A stretch of DNA of 48,487 nucleotides from Octopus bimaculoides (taxonomy: Eukaryota), in the NCBI RefSeq assembly GCF_001194135.2, contig NC_068989.1, forward strand, positions 22,060,545 to 22,109,031, in the 5' to 3' direction. Shown here piece by piece: positions 35,582 to 46,140 of the stretch. The notes beneath the pieces were generated by a model. It saw only the letters and a list, made by a program, of their open reading frames with translations. It was not told the DNA's origin and did no database searches. Within the stretch, counting starts at the first letter, position 1. The number at the start of each line of letters is the position of its first letter. The position numbers and the translations under genes were made by a program.

Positions 35582-36779
35582 CTACACAATCAAGATAAAA
35601 ATCAAAGAGTTACAGTATTAAAACAAAGACTGGCATTAAGTCACAGTATTTAATTTTAGACCAACACTAAATTACAGTTTTAAAATGTAGACCAACATTC
35701 GAAGGAAAATAACTTTCAAAAGTAAACTATTAAAATCAAACAGATTATTCCACATATCATTAGATTCAGAAAAACCAAAAAACTGCTTTTTTCTTGTAAA
35801 TATATAATTTGCTTCATCTTTTAAAACTGCTACCCATTTTCTCATTCATAACTTGTAATGAAAAACAGTTTTTCTTTTAGAATGCATTAATATTTTCATA
35901 TGTCTGTAATTAAGTTTTTTATTGTCTCAAGTACAAATTCTCAAGCATTATTTTCAAGTTCTAAGTAAGATTTTCCTTAATCCCTCAGAGATTTACAGAC
36001 TTCATCCTCTATTTTAGAATGTATTAATATCCTTGCAAGTATATATTAAGCATTACTTAGTCGTAAGTAAAAATTTTCAAGCAGGCGTAGGAGTGGCTGT
36101 GTGGTAAGTAGCCTGCTTACCAACCACATGGTTCTGGGTTCAGTCCCACTGCGTGACACCATGGGCAAGTGTCTTCTACTAAATCCTCGGGCTGACCAAA
36201 GATTGTAAGTGGATTTGGTAGACAGAAACTGAAAGAAGCCCGTCGTATATATATATATATATATATATATGTTTTTACCTTTGTGAGTTACAAGTGATGC
36301 TATCTGTGAGATTCCCAGCTTTTTTAGCTGCTATTTCTGAACTTCGGTATATGGTGAAGCAAATATTTGCTGATCCCTTAATTATATATATATATATATA
36401 CATATTTATATATATATACATATTTATATATATATATATGTATGTGTATGTGTGTGTATATGCTTGTGCGTCTGTGTTTGTCCCCCCCAACATCGCTTGA
36501 CAACCGATGCTGGTGTGTTTACTTCCCCGTAACCTAGTGGTTCAGCAAAAGAGACCGATAGTATAAGTACTAGGCTTACAAAGAATAAGTACAGGGGTCG
36601 ATTTGCTCGGCTAAAGGCGGTGCTCCAGCATGGCCACAGTCAAATGACTGAAACAAAAGAGCAAGCATTATTTTCTAGATTTAAGATTTTCATTAACCTC
36701 TTTGAGACTTATAGATGCCCTTTTCTATTCTTGACCCCTAACAAAAGTACGCACAACTCTAGAATGTTCTAATACTGAC

Positions 36780-37147
36780 CTCATTGCAGTAGTTCTGTTC
36801 GTGTTTTCAGCAGTTCTGTACATGTTTTCAGTCGGTCTCTCTATCATAATTGTATTTTCTGTAGTGATACATGCAGTGCCATTGATCAAACTGATGTTGG
36901 ACATGTCAGGCAGAGAGAAGACATTTGTTGATGGATGAAACGGTGTGGACACCATGTTTTTGCAAAGCACTTGATTTATAGGACAGGTCTGCGGATCGTC
37001 TTCATAAATCTGAAATGTTGGCTCAGTGTTCGGTTGAGGTGCTGGGTTCACAGGTTTTTGGAAGGTTGAAGACCATTCGTTACCAAAACCCAGAGTAATT
37101 TCATTCACATCTGGCATTGTTAAATGAAATTTTACATCCTTTTCAGC
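36780..37147 (-). CDS. BUB1: BUB1/MadBub exon with ABBA motif (FQIYED) and first half of KARD
   Basis: CTGTAG acceptor and GTCAGT donor; 368 nt, phase 0-2, open throughout. AEKDVKFHLTMPDV...TFQIYEDD...RTTAM(S). Confidence 0.85.
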
Positions 37148-37380
37148 CTACAGAGAAAACAAGATAAATACCAACATTATTGCAAAACAGTCATATCATA
37201 ATTGCTACCAAGTATTACTATTATTACTACAAACTTCTATTAATGATACCAAATGACAAAATGATATTATCATTGCTACCAAGTGATAATATGGTTACAA
37301 AGTGTTATTGCTACTAAATGATATTGTTATTGCAACCAAGAGACATTGTTATTGTTACATAATGATATTGCTAACAACAG

Positions 37381-37850
37381 ATATTGGTTTCAAATTTTGG
37401 CACAAGGCCAGCAATTGGGGGAGTGTTAAGTCGATTACATCAACTCCAGTGCTCAACTGGTACATATTTTATCTCGGCTGTAAAGATGAAAAGCAAAGCC
37501 AACCTCAGTGGAATTTTACCACAGAACATAGAGACAGACAAAATGTCATTAAGTATTTCACCTGGTGTGCTAACAATCCCGCCAGCTTGCTACCTTCGCA
37601 GCAACAAATATTAATTATTATTTCTACCAAATAAGGTAGCAAACTGGCAGAATCATTATCAATCCAGACAAAACACTTAGTGGCATTTCTTCCAGGTTTA
37701 CATACTTCGTTCAAATTCTGCTGAGGCTGACTTTACCTTCTGTCCTTTCAGGGTCATTAAAAGAAGTACCAGTCGAGCACTGGGATCCATATAATCATCT
37801 AACTCTCTCCCCACCAAACTCCAGTCTTTGTGCCTATAGAAAACATTGTT
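37381..37850. mobile_element. Head-to-head inverted pair of Nin/Deu-domain-like SINEs
   Basis: Minus copy at about 37381-37600 and plus copy at about 37633-37850, roughly 35 nt apart. Confidence 0.75.
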
Positions 37851-38759
37851 GCTTCCAAATGATATTATTATTGCAATCATGTAATATCAATGCTGCCAAG
37901 TGATGTTATTGTTAATCACCTGCATACAGGCTCATCCCCTGCAACCCTCTCCAGCTGAGCATCCCTAATCTTGCAGGCTCGTAGGTCCTGGTACTGTGTA
38001 AAAGCACCTGGTACGCTCTGTAAAGTGGTTAGCATCAGGAAGGGCAACCAGCCATAGAAACCATACTAAAACAGACATGGAGCTTGAACAGCTTCTGTCA
38101 AACCATCCAACCCATGCCAGCATGGAAAACGAACGTTAAATGTAAGTGATGAAATGAATGAAGATTTCTGGCTATTAACCCTTCCATAACTATTTCTAAT
38201 GAGTATACTGCCACCGAGGTGTTTCAATTAACATTTAATACAATGAAACTTTAGGAAGAGCTTAATGTATATTATGTTGGTGTTGACCAGCTGAAATTTC
38301 ACATTATCATATTGTAATGAGATTTTTGTTTAGGTTTAAAATATAAAAATGAACATTTTAGAAAGGAGAGTCCCAGGTAGTTAAGTGCTGAAAGTTATAT
38401 TATTCTAAATATGTGAGAATGTAATAAACATACCATAGGCACTGAAATAGCTCATGGCTGTCTGTGTATGGAGATTGCTTTATAACCAGATGGTTTCAGG
38501 TGCTATCTCACTGTGTGATACTCAAGGAAAGAATCTTCGACTATAGCCTCGGGTCAATCAACGCCTTGTAAATGGAATTGAAAGATGGAATTTCTATGGC
38601 AGCTTATCATGTGGGTTGACAGGTAAACTGGCAACAGCTCAAAGGTTGCAACTTTCACAGAAATGAGTGGAAATGTAAGCAAACACAAATCCATACATAT
38701 TGAAAAAAAAATTTTTTTTTGCCTTTTATTGTGAGCACTCATTCAACCATTATGTTTTA

Positions 38760-39210
38760 AGTGGAAAATCCGATGACTAGCACCCATGCCAACGTCGTCT
38801 CCTTCATTGGACACGAAACTCAGGTTGCGAAGACCTGTTGGGGCAAGCGAAAGCGAAATCGGGATGGCACCTGTGCCCAGCGTCGCCTTTCTGGCACTTG
38901 TGCTCGTGACATGTGTAAGGATTTTCGAGCGAGATCATTTCCACTGCCTCTGGACTGGCTCCTGTGCGGGTGGCACATAAAATACACCATTTTGAGCGTG
39001 GCCGTTGCCAGTACCCCCGAACTGGCCTTCGTGCGGGTGACACGTAAAAGCACCCACTACACTCTCTGAGTGGTTGGCGTTAGGAAGGGCATCCAGCTGT
39101 AGAAACTCTGCCAAATCAGATTGGAGCCTGGTGTAGCTATCTGGTTCACCAGTCCCCAGTCAAATCGTCCAACCCATGCTAGCATGGAAAGCGGACGTTA
39201 AACGATGATG
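38760..39210 (+). mobile_element. SINE/LINE-tail family ending GGACGTTAAACGATGATG (RTE-like tail)
   Basis: Shared 3' part GGAGTGGTTGGCGTTAGGAAGGGCATCCAGCTGTAGAAAC...CCCATGCTAGCATGGAAAGCGGACGTTAAAC(GAT)n. Other copies at about 13390-13705 (+), 23800-23970 (+), 24655-24805 (-), 27100-27415 (-), 37990-38145 (+), 40620-40825 (+), 41915-42100 (+) and 47320-47670 (-). Confidence 0.8.
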
Positions 39211-39941
39211 GTAGTGCTTCAGCTATTCATTATAACTGAAGGATTGCTGTAGATATTGAGGCTCTGGTGAAGCTATAAAGTGTTACTCAGGCACTCAACC
39301 TGGAGTCCGCTGCATCTTATAACAGAAACAGTTCTAAGCTAACGAAGTTTGTAAGGTCATTGTTTATTCTTTTATTCCTGTCAGTCTATACACATATGTT
39401 TATGAAATCCTCATTTAATGTTCACTTTTCCATGCTTGCATGGGTTGGATGCAGATGTTCTAGTCAGATGCCCTTCCTGTCACCAACCATTCCCTATTTC
39501 CAAATATGGTAATATTTTCCCATAGCCAGATATATTCTTGATGAATATTGGAAACAAATGATGTTCCTTGTGTGACAGTGACATCCATTTACAAGTATAA
39601 CACAATGTCAAGACAAACGTACACACACATATGATGGGATTCTTTCAGTCTCCGTCTACTGAAACCACTGACAAGGCCTTGCTCAGCCAAGACTGTAGTG
39701 GAAGGCATTTAGCCAAAGTGTCATGCAGTGGGACTGAACCCACCATATGTTTGTGAAGCAAGCTTCTTATCATACAGCCATGCCTACATCTTTATTATTT
39801 ATAAAGAAATAGTAAAACAAAAAACACAAATTTATTTGGTTATAAAATGGTTTAGTATTTTAGAGCACTAAAGAAAGAGGCAATATACCTTTCTAAAACT
39901 GGGCACACATTAACTATTCCATTTCAGAGAGAGAGAGAGAG

Positions 39942-39987
<46 letters not shown>

Positions 39988-40083
39988 TTATATCTACTCA
40001 GAGATGTCTATATTTCAAGGCAGAAATGTTAAGGTGAAAACTTTACAGGGGTTAGCTACCAACATTTCAAAAATGGCTCTTAC

Positions 40084-40144
40084 GTTTTTTCCTTTATCTT
40101 TACTTCCTGTGCTGATTCCATCTTTGAAGTTTGAATTTGATGAT
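40084..40144 (-). CDS. BUB1: BUB1/MadBub small linker exon
   Basis: TTACCACAG acceptor and GTAAGA donor; 61 nt, phase 2-0, exactly the phase change needed between its neighbours. SSNSNFKDGISTGSKDKGKN. Confidence 0.75.
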
Positions 40145-42498
40145 CTGTGGTAAAAGAAGTACTAAATGTTAGAAACAGAATTGCTAAACCAATTTTAAGA
40201 GAAATCAATAATACATTTCTTTTAAATATCTTCAATTGAAAAAAAGAAAAATGGACAACTAGACAGAGAGTAACAGTTGTCTGCTGTATCTAGTCTTCTA
40301 CACTACACTATGACCAAAAAAGATGCATTATTTTCTTCCATGCACTACTCAGGGGCTGTAAATGATACCATTTACCTGCCTGCACTTCACATTGTCTATT
40401 ACTGTCACATATCACCTCTGTTTCCTCCTCACTGACGAACTCTTACTTTCTTCAATTCTTCCCCAAACTGATATTCACCATTGATCAAATGTTTCCTCTA
40501 TATTAAGACACGTATCGCTAACCCTTTCACCCAGCACGAAGCCACTTTCCTCGATTCCACTCCCTCTCTCTCAGCTGAGAGGTCATTGTCTGGCAAGTTA
40601 CTTGGCAACCTCGCTGGTGTTGGTGCCACTTAAAAAGCATAAATGCTGGTACCACACAAAAAGCACCCAGTACACTCTGTAAAGTGGTGGCATTAAGAAG
40701 AGCATTCAGCCAAAGGAGACAATGGAGCTTGGTGCAGCTCTCTGGTTTGCAAACACCTGTTGAACCATCCAAAGCATGCCAGCATGCAAGATGAATATTA
40801 AATGATGATGATGATGATGATGACCATGCCTTCACCCATTTGTGCCATTCAATGCATCTGCCTCTATCTCCATCTCTAACCATTTGTCAATCACCTTTCA
40901 CACTCATAATCTTACCTACCCACCTTTTCCAAGCCTGTATCCCTTTTTCTCTTTCTCATATTCATTTTGAATCTTGTCTCTTTTCTCGCTTTCCTACTGG
41001 GAAAGCCATGTATCACCTGATCTCGTCCCTCTATCATACTTCAATCTCCAAACACCAGTGTTTCTCAAACTATTTTGATTATTGCCTCTTTTTGTTTTAC
41101 TCTTTCTTAATTAATATCCCATTCACTGCCTACCCTGATTCCACTTATTTTTAATGTACATAGATGTAATATAAGGTTTGAGTAATTTAATTCTGGGTGC
41201 TAGTTTAATGTAACTACTTACTACAGCACTATCCTACCGTAAACAAATATTTGCTGCATCACCATTTGGCCATAATTATTGTACCAGACGAACTACGGTA
41301 CATATTCTTTGGACTTCATATATACACTCTTAACTACCAGTTGAAATTCATATTCCAATTTATAGCAGTATTTTTGTTCACAAACCCATATAAATTTACT
41401 TGCTCATGTGCAAGTTTACATTTGTCTGTTTATACAAGTTGATAGATTATAAGATTAACAGAGGGCACTCAGCTAGAACAATGTTCAAGCATGAAAATAT
41501 GGATATATATGCAGAAACAAGTCAGAACATTACCAAATACTACAGGTGCTGCGGCAGTCTTTATTGCATGTATGGAAATGCCCGCAAATTTTGACAATGT
41601 ATTTTAAATTACACTTTAGTTTATTGATTATAATTACATGATAGTTGGCATATATATTCAGTTACGTTTATTTACATATTCACTATTCAAAATCTGCTAT
41701 TGTTGATCTTGTCATGATTGCAACTAAGTAGTTCGTCAAAATATTAGATTAAAATTTTTAAAGTTAATATTTAAATAGCAAAGACTAAAAAAGCAGCATA
41801 TATGCATCTATTACAAGCCCATACCACAGTCCACTTTGTCCCCAGTACCCATATGTAATTTTCCATCAGCCCTAGGGGGCAGTGTTGCACTCCTTGAGAA
41901 GCATTGTTTTAGATTGCCGGTGGCATGTAAAAGCACCCACTACACTCTTGGAGTGGTTGGTGTTAGGAAGGGCATCCAGCTGTAGAAACTCTGCCAAATC
42001 AGATTGGAGCCTGGTGTAGCCATCTGGTTCACCAGTGCTCAGTCAAATCGTCCAACCCATGTTAGCATGGCAAGCAGACATTAAATGATGATGATGATGA
42101 TTTCATTTTCTAGTTTTCTTCAAAAACAAATTCCAGTATTTCATGTTATTTTACCTGTTCTTATGTGCATTAAATTCAACTGATAATCTAATGGTGTGCA
42201 TAATTCTTCTATACTAAAATTTTGTTGCATACCCAATTGAATATTAGCTGATGACTTGTTTTCTATGATGTTTAAACAAAATTTTAATATTTTTATATTT
42301 TGCTGTATTTACCAGTAATTAGTCACTTTTGAGACAAAAGTTATGCAATAGAATTGATTGAGAACCTTTTTTTTCAATTGTGTTCCAAAAATAACATTAA
42401 TATGTCGATAAGTAAAAAAAAGTTACAGTTGTTTAATGAAACTCATAAGGAGTGCGTTTTAGTTAGAAATATAGCAACGAAAGGGCTAATGATCTTAC

Positions 42499-42625
42499 GG
42501 GCTTATAAAAACATTGTTGACATTTTTCACAGGTGCTGGAGGGTCAGGTTCCTGTTCATCCTCACAAATGACAAAAGGGGCTGTTTTAAGCACTGGCTCC
42601 TGGTATACTGGTTCAGACTCTCCTG
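42499..42625 (-). CDS. BUB1: BUB1/MadBub exon with ABBA-like motif
   Basis: TTCCAG(CAG) acceptor and GTAAGA donor; 127 nt, phase 1-2. GESEPVYQEPVLKTAPFVICEDEQEPDPPAPVKNVNNVFIS. Confidence 0.8.
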
Positions 42626-42814
42626 CTGGAAATTAGAAAATGAGCACAGATTATTCAGTAGACTGGACTAATTGTTAACAATTTCATCAGCTACATCTGT
42701 GTAGGTGGTATATATATATTCAGTTATATTTATTTACATATTCACTATTCAAAATCTGCTATTGTTCATCTTGTTGTCGTGATTGCAGCTTAAACCAATA
42801 AGTCTTTACATGGT

Positions 42815-43532
42815 CATATTAGATATACCAGCTAAATTTCTAGACATATTAGATATACCAGCTAAATTTTTAGGCATATTAGATATACCAGCTAAATTTC
42901 TAGACATATTAGATATACCAACTAAATTTCTGGACATATTAGATATACCAACTAAATTTCTAGACATATTAGATATACCAACTAAATTTCTAGACATATT
43001 AGATACACCAGCTAAATTTCTAGACATATTAGATATACTAGCTAAATTTCTAGACATATTAGATACACCAGCTAAATTTCTAGACATATTAGATATACCA
43101 GCTAAATTTCTAGACATATTAGATATACCAGCTAAATTTCTAGACATATTAGATATACCAACTAAATTTCTAGACATATTAGATATACCAACTAAATTTC
43201 TAGACATATTAGATACACCAGCTAAATTTCTAGACATAGATACACCAGCTAAATTTCTAGACATATTAGATATACCAGCTAAATTTCTAGACATATTAGA
43301 TATANNNNNNNNNNGCTAAATTTCTAGACATATTAGATACACCAGCTAAATTTCTAGACATATTAGATATACCAGCTAAATTTCTAGACATATTAGATAT
43401 ACCAGCTAAATTTCTAGACATATTAGATATACCAGCTAAATTTCTAGACACATTAGATATACCAGCTAAATTTCTAGACATTAGATATACCAGCTAAATT
43501 TCTAGACATATTAGATATATCAGCTAAATTTC
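42815..43532. repeat. 30-bp minisatellite, about 24 units, interrupted by an assembly gap
   Basis: Unit CATATTAGATATACCAGCTAAATTTCTAGA; variants at a few positions and two 27-bp units. Confidence 0.95.
43305..43314. other. Assembly gap (10 N)
   Basis: N run inside the 30-bp minisatellite, so the true array length is unknown. Confidence 0.99.
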
Positions 43533-43748
43533 TCTATCATACTTTTTTCACTGAATGCATAATGTATTTTAAGATAAATTTTATTTCAAGAAAAAGAAAA
43601 CACAGTGTTAATAGCTGGAACTTCTCTGATCCACAGGGCTGCTCAATCAATGCTGACCTATGCTGATTAAGCAACAACAGTAACAATCATAATGAAGAAC
43701 ATGAAAATGGATGATATTTTGAAGGGAGAGCAAATGAAAGATAAATAC

Positions 43749-43875
43749 CATAATCAGCATCCTGGTCTCTGTCAATTGTAGTATCTTTGCCAAGATTGAT
43801 GGAATCACAATAAAATCCTCTCACAACTTCCAGGGCTTCCATAGTGTTCAGTGTTGTAGATGGTGCATATGTTGA
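43749..43875 (-). CDS. BUB1: BUB1/MadBub exon with CD1 (Mad1-binding) motif
   Basis: Strong pyrimidine tract plus TGCCAG acceptor and GTATTT donor; 127 nt, phase 0-1. STYAPSTTLNTMEALEVVRGFYCDS resembles human CD1 QPSPTVHTKEALGFIMNMF. Confidence 0.85.
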
Positions 43876-44600
43876 CTGGCAAGGAGTAAGAGGAAAAAGT
43901 TAAAAAAAAAAAAGTAATTGGTTTCAATGAGGTTACACTAAGAAGAGGATATAATCACTTAAAAATCATCCCCAGTAACTGAACGGTACTTTATATTATC
44001 ACCTCAAAAAGTATGTTAAAGAAAAAGAAAGTAATCTCTGTAGGAATTCTTTAGTCTGGTTGGAACTAACATATTTAATGATGGCAACATGATAAAATGA
44101 ATGCAGTCCATACTATAGAGTGGTTACTTGTACAAAGAGCATCTAAGCATAAAAAACAAGACTGACCACTACTAACACCACCACCAAATAAAACAAATAT
44201 AAGAACAAAGAGGGCTAGTTTTTCTTTGTTGTTGTTGTTTGTGGCAGATTGTCAAGGATTGCAAATGAAATGAATGTCAAGACACCTAAGACCCATCCAA
44301 CCCATAACCAGTACGGAATATAAAATGATAATGAATCACTCATCAACACGGAATAATAATAGTATTAATAATGGCTTCAAATTTTGGCACAGGGCCAACA
44401 ATTTTAGGGGAGGAGTAAGCCAGTTACCTCGACCCCAGTATTCAGCTAGTACTTATTTTATCAACACCAAAAGAATGAAAGGCAAAATCAACCTTGGTAG
44501 AATTTGAACTTTGTGAAGACACAAAATTCCGTGAAGCCTGGTGTGCTAACAATTCTGCCAGCTCACTGCCTTAATTATGATAACAATAATAATAATAATA

Positions 44601-45555
44601 AGAGCACTCAGAGAACGCAAACCTCCGCCAAAGCAACACCAATGTCCTATCAACGATTAGCCAGAGATAATTTTTAAAATGAGAATATCTGAAATTAACT
44701 TGACTGCTCTCACAAACGAGAATACTAAAACTGAACCAGACTGCCCTCAAAAATTAAGTTAAAAAACTGGAGAAATAATCCAGAATCCTTGTCTGGTACC
44801 TAATCAATCCCAATGGTAGTCATGGAATGTGAAGGAGGATGTGCGGGCTGTGTTTGTAATGCTGTATGTGTCGTCTGCAGTGGGAACAGGGGCATTTTTC
44901 TCTATGAAGGACTTTTTTTAGTCTATCCACTGATATAATGTCTTTATGACCATTAAGGTTTATAGTGAAAAATTTATCCGTGTGTGAAAGAAAATGGAAA
45001 GGACCTGCATATGATGCTGTTAATGGAGATTTAACATCGTTGCACACAAAAATGAGAAATCAAAAAGTAAAGCTTCCTTCAAGGCAGAGCTCGAAATGCA
45101 ATTGTCAAGTAGGTAAGAGGTTTTAAACAGGAGCGATATATTCAAAATTGGTAAGACTAAAAATTGTCGAGGATAAATTGAATTTATTATTGTTACTGAA
45201 TATGTTAGTACTATTTAATTTCTGAACGGTTTTGCTGCCATTTGTTTATGTAATTTGATTTCTTTATCTATAGAGAAACGAAAATAAAACTTTGGAAACA
45301 GCAATGCCACCATAATTTATGTGGAAACCATGAGCGTGCTTTCAAGTATTACAATCAGAGATTGAATTACTTCATGTGAAGTAAATATAACAAATAATCC
45401 AAAATCTTTGTCTGGTACTGATCGATCCCAAAATTTAATCAGTTAGTGCCAGTCATGAGGCCAAACATCCCTGAGAGTTTTATCTGAATCCATTCAGCAG
45501 TTCTTACAAACACAACTGAAAATAATACCTCCACCTTCGCTAAAGCAGAGGTAAT
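44601..45555 (+). mobile_element. Helentron/DINE-1-like non-autonomous element (split or two partial copies)
   Basis: 5' subterminal ACCTCCGCC at 44621-44629; 3' degenerate hairpin ACCTCCACCTT-CGCT-AAAGCAGAGGT at 45527-45552 that also inverts the 5' motif; flanked by (AAT)n. Confidence 0.55.
44907..45060 (-). mobile_element. Gypsy/Ty3 integrase C-terminal fragment
   Basis: LIFVCNDVKSPLTASYAGPFHFLSHTDKFFTINLNGHKDIISVDRLKKVL matches the Gypsy post-integrase pattern VFVR.D....PL...Y.GP......K.F....NG....VS.DRLK. Confidence 0.75.
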
Positions 45556-45560
45556 AATAA

Positions 45561-46140
45561 AAATAATTCTTTCTACTAAAGGCACAAGGCCTGAAATTTG
45601 TGGGGCTAGCTGATTACATCGACCCCAGTCTTTCATTGATACTTATTTCACTGACCCCGAAAGGATGAAAGGCAAAGCTGACCTCAGTGGAATTTGAACT
45701 CAGAATGTAAAGATGGACAAACTTCTGCTAAGCATTTTGCCTAGCATGCTAACGAGTTTCCCTATCTGGCCACCATAATAATAATAATAATAATCCTTTA
45801 TACTAGAAGCACATGGCCTCAAATTTGGGGGAAGGGATTAAGTCGATTACATTGACCCCAATGCATAACTGATACTTATCTAATTGACCCTGAAGGGATG
45901 AAAGGCAAAGTCAACCTCAATGGAATTTGAACTCAGAATGTGAAGACAGACGAAATACCGCAAAGCATTTTGCCCGGCATACTAATGATTCTGCCAGCTC
46001 ACCACCTTTTTAATAATAATAATGTTTCTAAAAAAGGCTCAATGCTAGAAATTTGGGATGGTTGATTATATTGACTACAGAGGGATGAAAAGGCAGTTAA
46101 CCTTGATGGATTTGGATTCAGAACATTGCAAGGCATGTAA
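45561..46140 (-). mobile_element. Head-to-tail array of three Nin/Deu-domain-like SINEs
   Basis: Units at about 45561-45776, 45790-46005 and 46020-46140 (partial), separated by (AAT)n. Further minus copies lie at about 44370-44575 and 46795-46990. Confidence 0.75.

Noticed and set aside
38780-38850. Possible HDV-like ribozyme (TGCGAAGAC motif) at the 5' side of an RTE-tail repeat
   Set aside because: I could not build P1, P1.1 and P2 consistently by hand; a covariance-model search would be needed.
42783-43481. Long ORFs on both strands (178 aa, 162 aa) and a CRISPR-like look
   Set aside because: Pure 30-bp tandem repeat with no spacers and no cas genes; the ORFs follow from the period and lie inside a BUB1 intron.
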